From a virus (taxonomy: Duplodnaviria; Caudoviricetes): DNA of 64,000 nt. The stretch is taken from the IMG/VR virus record IMGVR_UViG_3300013121_000023, positions 64,001 through 128,000 of that record; one strand, 5' to 3'. This document shows positions 27,875 through 39,200 of the stretch, in pieces. Within the stretch, counting starts at the first letter, position 1, and each line of letters starts with the position of its first letter. The translations under genes were made by a program, and so were the position numbers. The notes beneath the pieces are model-generated. The model searched no databases, was not told where the DNA came from, and saw only the letters and a program-made list of their open reading frames with translations.

Positions 27875-30800
27875 ATGGCATCGAAAGACCTAGCTCAATA
27901 CATCAGGGAGCGCATGGCTCTCTTTGACAGCACTATCGATACATCATCTGGTAGTGATTTCGATGCCAAGGTAGTGCAGCCTACAGTGTCTCGTCTCGGG
28001 GCAGATCCATTCGTCATGGATTTGCAGTTGTTTGCCAAGACGAGACTACAACAGGAGCATCCTACGTATTTCGTTGAAGAGGGAAGCGCTCTAATAGACC
28101 TTCTGATAAAGCCGTTCTCTGTATTTCTGGAACCTCTCATAAGAGAGAACAGAAGAATAGCTAATGGTCAGAGTCTTACGGCGCCAGAGCTTCTAACTAC
28201 AGAAGAAGCAGAAGCTTTGGGTTCTCGCACTTATTCTGTTCGCGACACTGGTGACATATCGAAGGGTACAGTTCGTCTGTACTTTACTTCTCCCAGGTCC
28301 GTTTCTGTGAGTGGTTCCAACTACGCATTTACAGCAGATGGTCTCAGGTACTTCCCAACACAGAGCCAATCGATTCGTTCCGAGGAGATGATTACGAATG
28401 TAGAGAATGGTCTCTACTACTTTGATGTTCGTGTACAAGCTGAGCAGGCTGGTAGCGGTTACAACATCAATGCTGGGAAGATAGTTGGTATCACTGGGAT
28501 AGCCGGCGCGGTAAAGACAACAAACAAGGTGAAGTTCAGAGGTGGTCTACCTGCCGAGAATCCATCCGAGTTTATATCTCGTGTACAGCAAGAGGTGACA
28601 GACAGGTCACTTGCTTCAGACCGTGGTGCCAAGTACAGGATTCTAAATAATTTCCCAGAGGTGCAGTCAATTGCATTGATTGGTTATCAAGATCCTGAGA
28701 TGCAGAGAGACATCATCACAGGCGGCGGTCTTGGTAAGTCACTGGCATCAGGAGTACTTGCAGCGTCCACAGATGATGGCGAGGCTGGTCTTTACACGAG
28801 ACGAATACTGCTCGATGCATCCGAGGTGGACCTAGTAGCTCTTGTTGGTTCTACTGGTTCGGCGCCGGATGGATATGTAATTACTCTCTACAATGCTTTC
28901 GAGATTGGCTCATCTGAAAAGGTGAGAGATTTGAAAGTAAGGTCGATCATCAGCAGTCAGCTACTTGAGGTAGAGGAGCAGGTGCTCAGGAGGTATGTAA
29001 CCGACATACCTTGGACTCTGAGAAAGAGAGAGCTTACTCTTTCTTCGTTGCCTGGCGGGATTGTATTTGGTGAAGGTGGTGACTTCATCACCACGTCTCC
29101 ATCTACGGAGATACACATAGGCGGTATGTATGACGCTTATGTGAAGGGTGAGTCTCCAAATGAGTCTTCACTCGCGATAGGCGAGGTGCGGACGAGGACA
29201 CCTCTTTTGTCTGGGATAGCGGCGACTGTACCTGTGGCTGGGTCTGTGTCTCTTGATGACCTGGTTCTCGGTACGAACTACGCGAGTGTGGACAAGGAGT
29301 ATGAGTACATCAGTGACTCGTACTTGAAGAGGTACGTGCTTGAGGTATCTGGTGACCCAGCGGTCGCGGGGACGTACAAGATAGTGTCCGTCACACAGCC
29401 GACGATACCCGGGGACTCCCCAATCTTTACGCTAATACCGACAATTTCAGCTGTTGCAGGCAATTTTGCCTGGAAGCTGATTGACACAATCGATGTAGAC
29501 CTGTTTGAGCCAAAGGTTTTCAGGCTTTCAAACACGGATTTGCAAACGGTTGGTTCTTCTACGATTGTAAAGTCTGGGAGTGGTATAGACTTCGATGCAT
29601 ATGGGGTGTCTGCTGGGGATACACTTCGTATTCTTTCTGGTGGTGAACCAGGTGATTACACAATCACGGCTATAGCTCCATTTTTTAATACGCTTACTTT
29701 GGATAGGTCACTTACGCAAAACAACTCAGGTCTTTCTTACGAGATTTTCAAAAAGAATTCAAATGGCGGAATCAAGCTGCCGCTTGTGAGAATCAAGAGA
29801 GTAGAACTTCTTGACACATCAAGTCAGCCGACTGGTTCTACTATTCCCTATGCAAAGGCTTTGAAGGCTAAATCACTTGGATTTGCGAACGTAGCACAAG
29901 GTACGAAGGTGAGTGTGACGGATGCCTCACTTGGTATTGTAGGCATACCCATCACTGGGCCTGTCGCGGGTCTAAATGGGCTACCTCTCAGAATCAAATT
30001 GGGTGTATCCGGTTCTGATTTCAATTCGACTACATACGGTACTCTTGTTTCTGTTTTCTTTACGGGAGCTTCTCTTACACTTGCGCAAATCGTCGAACAG
30101 ATAAACGATGGTTTGGTAGCTCTGAACTATCCACCGTTGGCCGTTGTTGTGGATGGAGACAGACTGGGTATTTTGCCATATCGAGGTGGGTGCTGTGTCT
30201 TTCTTTCCGGCAATGCTCCATCAGGTGCATACAGTAATTTCCCTGCCGTATTGACCGCACTCTTCGGTAGCGCCACATACAAAGGAACAACAAGAGACAT
30301 CAGGTCTGCCTATGTTTCTGGTTTGACTGGCCGGTGGTCTTCATCGACTATTTCTCCGGTTATTGACCCGACCATAGATGCAGCCGATGTTTTGAATGGG
30401 TATAACCCAAAGGCCGTTCCTGTTTACAAGGTCACGACAAGAGAACTGACCAATGATGTTTTGGAAGTGAAGGTTGGTGGTGACTTCAATCCACAAGTCG
30501 ATGCCTCGGTCAATGTGGGTTCCAGGTCTCTTGGTACAGCCAGGGTTTACTTCCTTGAGCCGACCAGCGCCGAGTTTGACCAGGAGACAAGGCTAACGGC
30601 GAGCCTGGAAGACGGTTCAGAGGTCACTTACCTGCCAGACCCTACGGTTGATGCCATCCGTATCCCAGCACCGCCTTATACGGCAGCTCCAAAGGATGGT
30701 TCGACAACTGCTCTCGGTACCACCCTTACCTCGGCAACAACTGACTTCATATCAAAAGGCATACAGCCCGGAGATAAGCTGCAAATAACCTATGTGCCCA

Positions 30801-31912
30801 TCATAGGAACAGTTGCTTTGACGGAGGAAGTACTCAATCTAGCTCTTACTCAAATCGTTGTTTCTCTGAATGGTGGAACACCTAAAACGATAACTCTCGT
30901 AAATGACAGCACATCGATACTGGCTACATCGGTAACCAGAGCAGGTGTCGCTTCTCAAATAAACTCTTCTCTCGGTGTGACTGTTGCTTACATCAACGCG
31001 CTTACAAACAAGCTGGAGTTCGAAGCCGACATAGCTGTTTCTGTACTGGAAACAGGTTCGGCCAATACTCTTCTTGGGTTCTCTACTCTTTCACCTCAGA
31101 GCAACACGGCTACGAATGCGGGTCTTTACAAAATCTCGGCTGTGAACACAAACACAGTCACCATCCAAGACAGCATTTTTGCCGTAACTGCCCAGAGACA
31201 ACACTTCCTTGTATACCGCGCTGAGACCCAGCGTATTTCGTCCACTGAAATGGCGAATAACAAGGAAAACGGCTTTTACTATTTCGATTTGGAAGTCGTC
31301 AGCGAGGGTGTTGGAAACAGAAACAACATACCTTCCGAGACCTTCATGGATATCGAAAAGTACAGGTCTGATGGGTATTGGCTCGAAACCAATTCCGAGT
31401 CTTTGACCTTTTCAACAGCCGAGAGACCTACCCTTTTTCTATCCAGAACGATGTTGGAAGTTGGGTCTTCGGATGATTACGCAAACGTGAGACAACTTGA
31501 AGGTACATCGATACAGATTGTTTACGAGCACTCTGAACTTGTATCATCTATCCAGTCATTTCTCTTGGCAGATGATGAGAGAGTTCCAAATGCAAATCCA
31601 CTGGCGAGACATTTGATACCTCATTATGTGAGTTTCAATTTGTCTTATACTGGTGGACCACAGGCAAATACTGTTCAATCCAAGTTGATTGATTACGTAT
31701 CTGCCAGCGAACCAAATCAGGCTATCGAAGTGGCGGCTATTGAATCGATGGCGAAACAAGCTGGAGCTACAACGGTCAAGAGCCCAACGACTGTTTACGC
31801 TGTCATTCACGATATCGATAGACGAGTTTATCTGGAGGCATCGCAAGACAGACTTTCGATAGGCCGTCTTGCTTCCTTTTTCGCCGATTCAATAACAGCT
31901 ACGAGAGGGTAA
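27875..31912 (+). CDS. baseplate J / gp6-like wedge protein
   Basis: GSALIDLLIKP, SKGTVRLYF, VQAEQAGSGYNI, FRGGLPAENPSEFISR. Confidence 0.8.
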   Translation: MASKDLAQYIRERMALFDSTIDTSSGSDFDAKVVQPTVSRLGADPFVMDLQLFAKTRLQQEHPTYFVEEGSALIDLLIKPFSVFLEPLIRENRRIANGQSLTAPELLTTEEAEALGSRTYSVRDTGDISKGTVRLYFTSPRSVSVSGSNYAFTADGLRYFPTQSQSIRSEEMITNVENGLYYFDVRVQAEQAGSGYNINAGKIVGITGIAGAVKTTNKVKFRGGLPAENPSEFISRVQQEVTDRSLASDRGAKYRILNNFPEVQSIALIGYQDPEMQRDIITGGGLGKSLASGVLAASTDDGEAGLYTRRILLDASEVDLVALVGSTGSAPDGYVITLYNAFEIGSSEKVRDLKVRSIISSQLLEVEEQVLRRYVTDIPWTLRKRELTLSSLPGGIVFGEGGDFITTSPSTEIHIGGMYDAYVKGESPNESSLAIGEVRTRTPLLSGIAATVPVAGSVSLDDLVLGTNYASVDKEYEYISDSYLKRYVLEVSGDPAVAGTYKIVSVTQPTIPGDSPIFTLIPTISAVAGNFAWKLIDTIDVDLFEPKVFRLSNTDLQTVGSSTIVKSGSGIDFDAYGVSAGDTLRILSGGEPGDYTITAIAPFFNTLTLDRSLTQNNSGLSYEIFKKNSNGGIKLPLVRIKRVELLDTSSQPTGSTIPYAKALKAKSLGFANVAQGTKVSVTDASLGIVGIPITGPVAGLNGLPLRIKLGVSGSDFNSTTYGTLVSVFFTGASLTLAQIVEQINDGLVALNYPPLAVVVDGDRLGILPYRGGCCVFLSGNAPSGAYSNFPAVLTALFGSATYKGTTRDIRSAYVSGLTGRWSSSTISPVIDPTIDAADVLNGYNPKAVPVYKVTTRELTNDVLEVKVGGDFNPQVDASVNVGSRSLGTARVYFLEPTSAEFDQETRLTASLEDGSEVTYLPDPTVDAIRIPAPPYTAAPKDGSTTALGTTLTSATTDFISKGIQPGDKLQITYVPIIGTVALTEEVLNLALTQIVVSLNGGTPKTITLVNDSTSILATSVTRAGVASQINSSLGVTVAYINALTNKLEFEADIAVSVLETGSANTLLGFSTLSPQSNTATNAGLYKISAVNTNTVTIQDSIFAVTAQRQHFLVYRAETQRISSTEMANNKENGFYYFDLEVVSEGVGNRNNIPSETFMDIEKYRSDGYWLETNSESLTFSTAERPTLFLSRTMLEVGSSDDYANVRQLEGTSIQIVYEHSELVSSIQSFLLADDERVPNANPLARHLIPHYVSFNLSYTGGPQANTVQSKLIDYVSASEPNQAIEVAAIESMAKQAGATTVKSPTTVYAVIHDIDRRVYLEASQDRLSIGRLASFFADSITATRG

Positions 31913-32221
31913 CTCTTCTTCCCTCTCTTTACCTATTCTCGTGTATCCGAGCATGGGATTTCCCAGCTTGATATCGATACCTGTATGTGGGTCAAAGACA
32001 TGCTCACATGACGGACACATGAGAAGACTTCTCGGGAGCGGCTCATCTGGAATAAATGGTTTTGGATGGGCCGTTCTTTTTAGCTCCCCATGCTTGCATC
32101 TGGGACATGAGAACGACGCATAAAATGCGTTCTGTTTTTTTTCTGCTTCCTCCAGAAGGTTCTTTTCACCTTCGGTAGCAAGGATATTCAGAGTAGCATT
32201 CATGTATATGGTCGGTCTCAT
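31889..32221 (-). CDS. Zn-ribbon protein
   Basis: CPRC...CPSC. Confidence 0.6.
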   Translation of the reverse strand: MRPTIYMNATLNILATEGEKNLLEEAEKKQNAFYASFSCPRCKHGELKRTAHPKPFIPDEPLPRSLLMCPSCEHVFDPHTGIDIKLGNPMLGYTRIGKEREEELPSRSCY

Positions 32222-32250
32222 GGGATGGTCCCTGGTAGGAGGATAAAGCC

Positions 32251-33930
32251 GTGTTTACAGCTGTCATCAAGTTTACGCAAGGACTGAGCATAGGCGCTGA
32301 TAATGCGGCTCTGCGAACCAGTAGCAATGCTACTGTTACTGTGGCCAGCGTGGGAGACCACACGGGTGTTTCTCAATGGACCTTCACGGTATTGGATGCA
32401 CCAATTGGGAGTGCCTATGCACCTGGGGCTGTTCTTTCTTCTGGTCTGTCTACATCGACTACATTTACACCAGACGTGGTGGGCTCTTATTCTATAGAGC
32501 TATCACTTACTGATGGTGACACAACGCTGTCGGTGAACAGAGTATTCACTTATCGTTCCAGCCGCTCTTGGACATATCCGCCGTTCAGAGCCAACTCTGC
32601 AAATACAAATTATTCAGGTAATAGCCGTGGGTACATGGAGGCTATTGACCAGCTATTGAGGGATGTAGAGTCAAACGCACTATTCAGAGACACAGCTTAC
32701 ACGGCTGCATCTGGTGATGTTCTCAGGTGGAATGGTAGCGCCTGGGCAAAGGACTCAAATGCCTTTTTCTTGGATGAGGCAAATGGCGCTTCATCTGGGC
32801 AGGTACTTAACTGGAATGGTAGTGCGTGGGTACCAGTTACACCCGGAGGTGGTGGTAGCGGTACTACACAAGTTCTTATTTACAGACCTGGATCTACTCA
32901 GTCTGGTAATAACTACACCAGCTGGACAGATCTAATGACGGCCTTTGCTGCCACTAAAGGTCTGGTATTCATATGCTTTGATAGCCAAGACGCAGCAGTA
33001 CAAATACCAGCTGGCGCATATAACTTTCAGTGGCGCGCAGTCTTTGTAGGTCTGCCATTCACTGATGTCATAGTAGCGATAGATGCTCTGGACGGTGCTG
33101 AGTGCCAGAATGTAATCGGCTTTCAAGACTTGCAGATATCGTGTCAAGCCATAGCCGGTAATTACAACTTCACTTGGGGTGCAAGCCCTGTGATGTTGCG
33201 CCTGGTAAACACCAACATGGCCGGTACAGGTGATGGCGTTGGTTTCGGTTTGCGTTTCAATAACAGTTTGAGTGTTCTGTACTTGCTAAACGGCAGCAGA
33301 CTTTCAGTTGACGCAGATGCTCCCGTAAAGGTCGAGGCTACAAAGACACTCACTGTTTATGTAGATGGTTCTTCTGAAATAGAAGGCGACTCTGTAAAGG
33401 GTGGCGGTACTCTCGTTGTATACGCTCTGGATGTGACAGCTCTGATAAGTAACCAACCCAATGTTGGCACTTTCACAGACTCATCTTTCAGAACCAGAAA
33501 CATACCAAGACTCCCAGATGCGAAGGTTTATTACGGCGTAGCTGGGTTGCAGACACATGATGACACAGCCTATAAAACGATAGGTGTCATAGATATAGAC
33601 CCATCTATACTGCCTCCCGCTGTTGGTGGTCAAATAACGCGAACCCTGACTTTCAGAGCTGTCGTACTCGTAGAAGCAACTGGGTCTACGATAACAGTAC
33701 GACTAAAGGATGAATCAGGCGCCGTTATCACCGGTAGCACCATTACTTCTACAGCTGCGGCAGAGACAGCACCTGAAGCCTTGAGCGCTGCGCTGACAAT
33801 AGGAGCCTCTCCTAATGTCCAGAACGCCAGGCAGATGTATAGAGTGGAAGTCAGAAGAAATGGTGGAGCCGGTACAGACAAAGTGTTCTGTTATTCGGCG
33901 CTCATGGAGCTTTCGTATGCAACAGTATAA
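32251..33930 (+). CDS. tail fibre / virion protein with PKD-like N-terminus
   Basis: WTFTVLDAPIGS...FTPDVVGSYSIEL; two G.VL.WNGSAW repeats. Confidence 0.65.
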   Translation: MFTAVIKFTQGLSIGADNAALRTSSNATVTVASVGDHTGVSQWTFTVLDAPIGSAYAPGAVLSSGLSTSTTFTPDVVGSYSIELSLTDGDTTLSVNRVFTYRSSRSWTYPPFRANSANTNYSGNSRGYMEAIDQLLRDVESNALFRDTAYTAASGDVLRWNGSAWAKDSNAFFLDEANGASSGQVLNWNGSAWVPVTPGGGGSGTTQVLIYRPGSTQSGNNYTSWTDLMTAFAATKGLVFICFDSQDAAVQIPAGAYNFQWRAVFVGLPFTDVIVAIDALDGAECQNVIGFQDLQISCQAIAGNYNFTWGASPVMLRLVNTNMAGTGDGVGFGLRFNNSLSVLYLLNGSRLSVDADAPVKVEATKTLTVYVDGSSEIEGDSVKGGGTLVVYALDVTALISNQPNVGTFTDSSFRTRNIPRLPDAKVYYGVAGLQTHDDTAYKTIGVIDIDPSILPPAVGGQITRTLTFRAVVLVEATGSTITVRLKDESGAVITGSTITSTAAAETAPEALSAALTIGASPNVQNARQMYRVEVRRNGGAGTDKVFCYSALMELSYATV

Positions 33931-34270
33931 CGTGATTATTAGTGAGCCCAGTGTACGTGCAGACAGGTACGGTAATAGACACTGGCACGCTAACATAGTG
34001 ATAAACGGTAAAACATGTGGGGCTGTGACCAAGCCGATCAAGAGTAGGGACGACTGGTTTGGTTTTCATGATACGTGTACAAGGGCACGAGAAAACCTAC
34101 AGTCTATTCAAGACACCATCTGCAAAGTTGGGTTAGACCGGAGAAACCATGTCCAACGTGATCAACGCGAACCTTGTAAGAGACACCAACAACCCGCCAG
34201 ATGCGTGGTGTGTTACTTGGCGACTTCTTCTGTCCCTCATACAAGCAGGCTGGCAAATAAAGTCCTCTAG
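33917..34270 (+). CDS. hypothetical protein
   Basis: Fills the gap 33930-34149 (MQQYNVIISEP...); 3' end overlaps the next gene. Confidence 0.3.
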   Translation: MQQYNVIISEPSVRADRYGNRHWHANIVINGKTCGAVTKPIKSRDDWFGFHDTCTRARENLQSIQDTICKVGLDRRNHVQRDQREPCKRHQQPARCVVCYLATSSVPHTSRLANKVL

Positions 34271-35879
34271 CAACGGCACTACAAAACTGGGTGTGGGTAC
34301 GGCTAGCCCGACCAACTTCAGCTTGGCTACTTTGCAAAACGTTGGGGCTGGAGGTACTGGGCCATCGATCACAAACAAAGAGTTTGGTGGATTGATGACC
34401 GTAACCGGTGTTTCTGGTCTTGTATCACCAACAGCTACAGACCCTGGCTCAGAGGGTAACTTCATCACCTTTTCTGGCTTTGCGTCGGGCGGTAACAACG
34501 GCACTTTTCAGATAGCCGAGGTACTGAGTGCTACTTCATGCACCATCTGGAATAATTCTGGTGTTTCTGGTGACGCGAATAACGGCAATGTTGGTGTTAC
34601 CTGGCAGGAGAAGAGCTTTAAGACAGCTACCTATACTCCTCCTGGGGCTGTTGTTCAGTGGGCTGTTCTAGAAGGGCCTAGAGTTATCAAGGTTCCTGTG
34701 AACACCACACCATCTTCCAGCTTCATCATCGGTGAGACTGTTTATCAGGGCGCCACCGTAGCTACCCAAAGAAGCGGTACACTAGCCGGCGTTGTTATGA
34801 ACTCTGCTGGTACATCTGGGTGGATGGCCATTGAGCCGCACGATTACGGCACATGGGATACGGTTGACGATATTGTAGGTGTCACTTCTGGCGCTACGCT
34901 GCTGGCAGCAAATATCTCAGCTACACCTGTTGTGTACGCGAATGAAGTGATGTTCGCGAAGTCTTCTTCAAACTATTATCAGGGTAGCTTTTTCTGGTGG
35001 TGCGGTGATAGGTCTGGCGAGAACTCAGACTCACTATCAGGTCGTGCAGGTTCTACAGCCGCTATTCCTCCCGGCTTTACAACCGACACCTTTCCGACAA
35101 ACGCCGCCCTTGGTTATGGCGGCAATGCCGCGCACCAGAATGTCATCAATACTACGGCAGCCAACATGGGCGCGAATGCACAAGTCATGTGTGCAAACGC
35201 TTTGCCCAGGCCGAGGCTCGCAAATGGAAGTGCCAGAACGCCTAGATATGCAGACGGTTCGTTCACCGTTTTGTATCACACGTCGGCCGCTCTTCTTACC
35301 GATGGGTCATACCCAGTGTCTTGGCAGCGCTGTGATGACGTAGAGCCAGGCGACTTGTCGCCGTTCGCCATTCTTACACAGGCGCAAGGAACAACCAGCT
35401 TCGATAAGAAGGCAAACCTGGCGAACACCTACATAGCTGCAACAAGCGGTGTTGTGCATCTAGGTACAAGCGGTTCTGTAAACGCTTGGGTAGCCTTTCC
35501 AGGTAGAGGCTGTGGTGTTGCTGCGAGAGATATTGTGCAGCCGTACGTCGGTCTCGTAGCGCAGACAACATCGGTACACTTCATGGCGCTGAACTCAGGA
35601 GAAGCCTGGAGGCTGGCAGTACACCCAGACACCACACCTCCTATAAGGCCCGAGCGCATTGGTTTGTACAACGATGGCTCAGCTAACCTAACTGGTGGCG
35701 TCACAAGTCAGATAAAGAACAAGAAGGGATCGCCCAGGTGGGTACGGTTGCTGCCTACAGGAAGCCGCATGTCTACGGCAGATAACAAGTTGTGGATATC
35801 AGTGGCTCCTCTTGACTCCACTTACGGCTGCTTGATGTTCGGGCCCTATAACGGTTCTACTACGCCTGTCGCCACATGA
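34149..35879 (+). CDS. virion structural protein (fibre/appendage)
   Basis: Gly/Thr/Ser/Asn-rich; NNGTFQIAEV. Confidence 0.6.
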   Translation: MSNVINANLVRDTNNPPDAWCVTWRLLLSLIQAGWQIKSSSNGTTKLGVGTASPTNFSLATLQNVGAGGTGPSITNKEFGGLMTVTGVSGLVSPTATDPGSEGNFITFSGFASGGNNGTFQIAEVLSATSCTIWNNSGVSGDANNGNVGVTWQEKSFKTATYTPPGAVVQWAVLEGPRVIKVPVNTTPSSSFIIGETVYQGATVATQRSGTLAGVVMNSAGTSGWMAIEPHDYGTWDTVDDIVGVTSGATLLAANISATPVVYANEVMFAKSSSNYYQGSFFWWCGDRSGENSDSLSGRAGSTAAIPPGFTTDTFPTNAALGYGGNAAHQNVINTTAANMGANAQVMCANALPRPRLANGSARTPRYADGSFTVLYHTSAALLTDGSYPVSWQRCDDVEPGDLSPFAILTQAQGTTSFDKKANLANTYIAATSGVVHLGTSGSVNAWVAFPGRGCGVAARDIVQPYVGLVAQTTSVHFMALNSGEAWRLAVHPDTTPPIRPERIGLYNDGSANLTGGVTSQIKNKKGSPRWVRLLPTGSRMSTADNKLWISVAPLDSTYGCLMFGPYNGSTTPVAT

Positions 35880-36280
35880 GGTTAGTCATGGCTGACATAG
35901 GAACCACGGCTGACGTTTTCTATTACGGTACGCAGAATCAGACGATTGATTCGATGTACAGCGGTAGCCTTCCTGGTCTACATCCTAAAAATAACCAAGG
36001 GCTTGGGATAGAGCCTAGTAGTACTGACTACGGGAAGATAGTTCTAGTGGAGGGTGCTGGTATTCCTGCGAGTGGGCCACCACCTCTTCCAGAGCCTGTA
36101 AGGGTATTCAAGATGTCTTGGAGAGACCCTGATGGCACACCTGCGTGGCGTTCTTGGCGAGCTACTGGTGCAGCAGATACCAGTGGCAGTCAGTACAGCG
36201 GTCCAAAGAACGGTGCTACTCCTATATCGGATGCTACTGTTTTGGGTTCGTGGGTTGAATTAGGTGAGAGATCGCTATGA
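35876..36280 (+). CDS. hypothetical structural protein
   Basis: Coupled ORF. Confidence 0.55.
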   Translation: MRLVMADIGTTADVFYYGTQNQTIDSMYSGSLPGLHPKNNQGLGIEPSSTDYGKIVLVEGAGIPASGPPPLPEPVRVFKMSWRDPDGTPAWRSWRATGAADTSGSQYSGPKNGATPISDATVLGSWVELGERSL

Positions 36281-39200
36281 CATGTACAGCTGATGGTTAC
36301 GGCGCAGGTCCATGGGGTGAAGAACCTTATGGTGGTCCAGAACCCGTGTCTGGCGATCCCCTGCCATATACATCCGAATTCGACATATTCTGTATAGGGC
36401 CTTGTGCTCAGATGGAGTTCGCTACGCTGTATTTCGGCGTGACTGTACTACCTGGCGGGGACAATAGCTTTGTAGACAGTATATCCAAGGACCAGATACT
36501 AAGAAGCGGTGGTTCTTATCCTGATGTAGAAGCTAAGATGACCATCTTGAGCGAAATACCTTCGGGTAATACGCTTGAGTGGACATGGAAGTTGATATCG
36601 AGACCTATCGATTTTGCAACTCCTGCTGACAAATATCTTGTCGTCACGATGGATGATGAGACTGGTAAGAGCTACTGCTTCTACTTCTCTGACGCCGGTA
36701 TCGCATACAGCGATGTTCTGGGTAGTGCTTCGTCTGTAATACCTGATAGTACGGGTCTGATTACGCTAAATGAGTATTGGACCTTCAGAGTGGTGGTGGA
36801 CGTATCTGTAAATAAGATACTCTTTTTCGCCACCAAGACAGCAGACCTACCGCTAACTGGACATCAGCTACGATTCATTCTTTCTACGTTCTCTTCACCT
36901 CCTTCTGTATCGTTTGACAGCGTTACCATAAGAGCACTAGGTACAGTTACGGAGACCGCATATCTAAAGCTCGACTCCATATGTATGGGCACTGGTTCCA
37001 TATATCCCAATCTCAGACCTATAGCTGACGCTGGTACTGATGTTGGTCTTCGTATGTGTTCCATCGCCAGATTGGATGGCAGCAAGAGTTACGATCCCGA
37101 GGGGGCTCCGCTCATATACAAATGGAGATTGATCGACGCTCCTTACGATAGTGAGTTTTGTATAAGCGGACACGACGGATACACACTTTCGTCTATTTCT
37201 GGTTATGTAGATAAATTCTACTCGGACGAGTTCAACCCGCTTGTGCATACTATAGCTGTTGGTGACGTTCTTCTTTTGAACGGTGTTGCGCACACTATAG
37301 AAGTGATATCAAGCGATATAGACGGGTACTTCGTTCAGGTAGCTACAGTCACAATACCTGAAGAGCTTTCGTCCAGGCCGTTCAAGGTACTGCATCAGAA
37401 CGGCATTGATTCACCTACTTCTATCAAGCCTGTCTTTTACCCTGACGTTGTAGGAATCTTCAAGTTCGACCTGGTTGTGTTCGATGGCTCTCTTTATTCA
37501 GAACCGTCTGTCACCACCTTGTTCGTGCAATCGTCCAGCGTAGCTCGTGGCGTAATCCCAGACTTGAGCCTTCTTTGGGACTATCTGTCTGAGATATGGG
37601 GGATTGTTGAAGATAGGGAGCCTATAGAGACTTACTTCTCGGCCGCCTTTCAAGCTGCGGCTTCTGAGCTACTTACTCTTTGGCAAATCGACTACAATAA
37701 CAGTCTGACGGATATACAACGAACCTTCATACGCAAGTGGCTGTCTTACAGTTTGTTGCTTGAGGAGCTAAATCCATCGACGACAACTATTCGTAAGATG
37801 TACGGCGGTGTTGCAAGCTCGCTGATTCCTGCCACTGGTTCTAACCAGAACGGCCTTACGGTAGTTATCACAAGTACAGTACACGACCCTATAACCGCTA
37901 CCTTCGTTGGTACCAATCCAATCGTACCGAGCGATTTGAGAGACCAACTACTAGAAGCACTACAGGCTATAGATGAGTCGTATGAAGTGACGCTGGTTTA
38001 TAAGCAGAGTACAAATGAATACTCTCTCAGAGTAACTAGCTCTCACGTCTTCTCTGTGGATGCTTCCAGCACATCTACCATATTCAGCGCTTCGTACTCC
38101 ACGCTAATCAGCGGTTCTTCTGGTGCCTATGCTGGGGATAAGACGTACAAGGTAGAAATAGGTCTTCTTGGACTTGACGTTGTTCAAGGAGACTACCTGT
38201 ATATAAACGGTGATGGTTACAAGATAGATAGAATCATTACCGATGCTGCTGATAGCTATGAGTACCAGAGAATAGTTCTGCTCGACGATATAAGCGCCAT
38301 GTCGGGGGCAGACTGGTCAATACTTCCCTACGTAAAATCGAAGACGCTATCGTTCTACTCGGAGATGGTTGTTTTCAATGACAAGGCCAAGTTCGATGTA
38401 ATCGATGCGAGTGGAGATTTGGTTGTCTACACGGCAGATGTACTCGGAGCCACTTCTAAATCTGAAGATGTATTGTTTTTCGATGCGACAGCTATAGATC
38501 AGTTTTTGAGCGATGCTTCCTACACGGTACAGCTAGGAAAGATACAAAGGCAGAGGTATGTACCTATTGATGAGTTGATTACAGACGTACCTTATCTACA
38601 GGAGACCATAAAAGACCCTGGAGATGAGCATGTTCTTCGCAGAAACGTTGACTTCTATATAGAAGATTTCAGGGATTTGAAGTGCATCAGGTTTGAGCAA
38701 GATATCTGGGAAGGCGTTGAGGCTGTGCCTCTTTTGTGGGGCGAGTACAACTACCTGGATAACAGGCCTGTCATAGAAGCCAACTTCGGCGCCGCCGTAA
38801 ACTTCACTTTGGACGATATGCGTTCTCTGGGTATAAGCAACCTGGACTACCTATCGTCTGTGCAGGGTCTATGGTATGCGCACTTCAAAGCACCTACTAT
38901 AAGTAATCTTCGAATAGGTGCTCAGATACTTCTCGGCCTCCCATTTGCGGAGTCAAAGAGCACGATACTTGAGATACGTAATGACTTCTCCCCCAATACA
39001 GGGAGAATACTTCTACAGGATGCTGTTAATAGCGATGTAGTGCGTTCTTACAAGTACCCGAGTCTTTTGGGCCTTGAAACGAACCCGGCTACAGGAGTTG
39101 CTTATGCTGTAGGTGATACAGTTGAGCAGTTCGCTCCGCTTGTAAATGGCGTGGAAGTAGATGATTACGTAAAGAACCCAACATGGTTTTACGCCTATAT

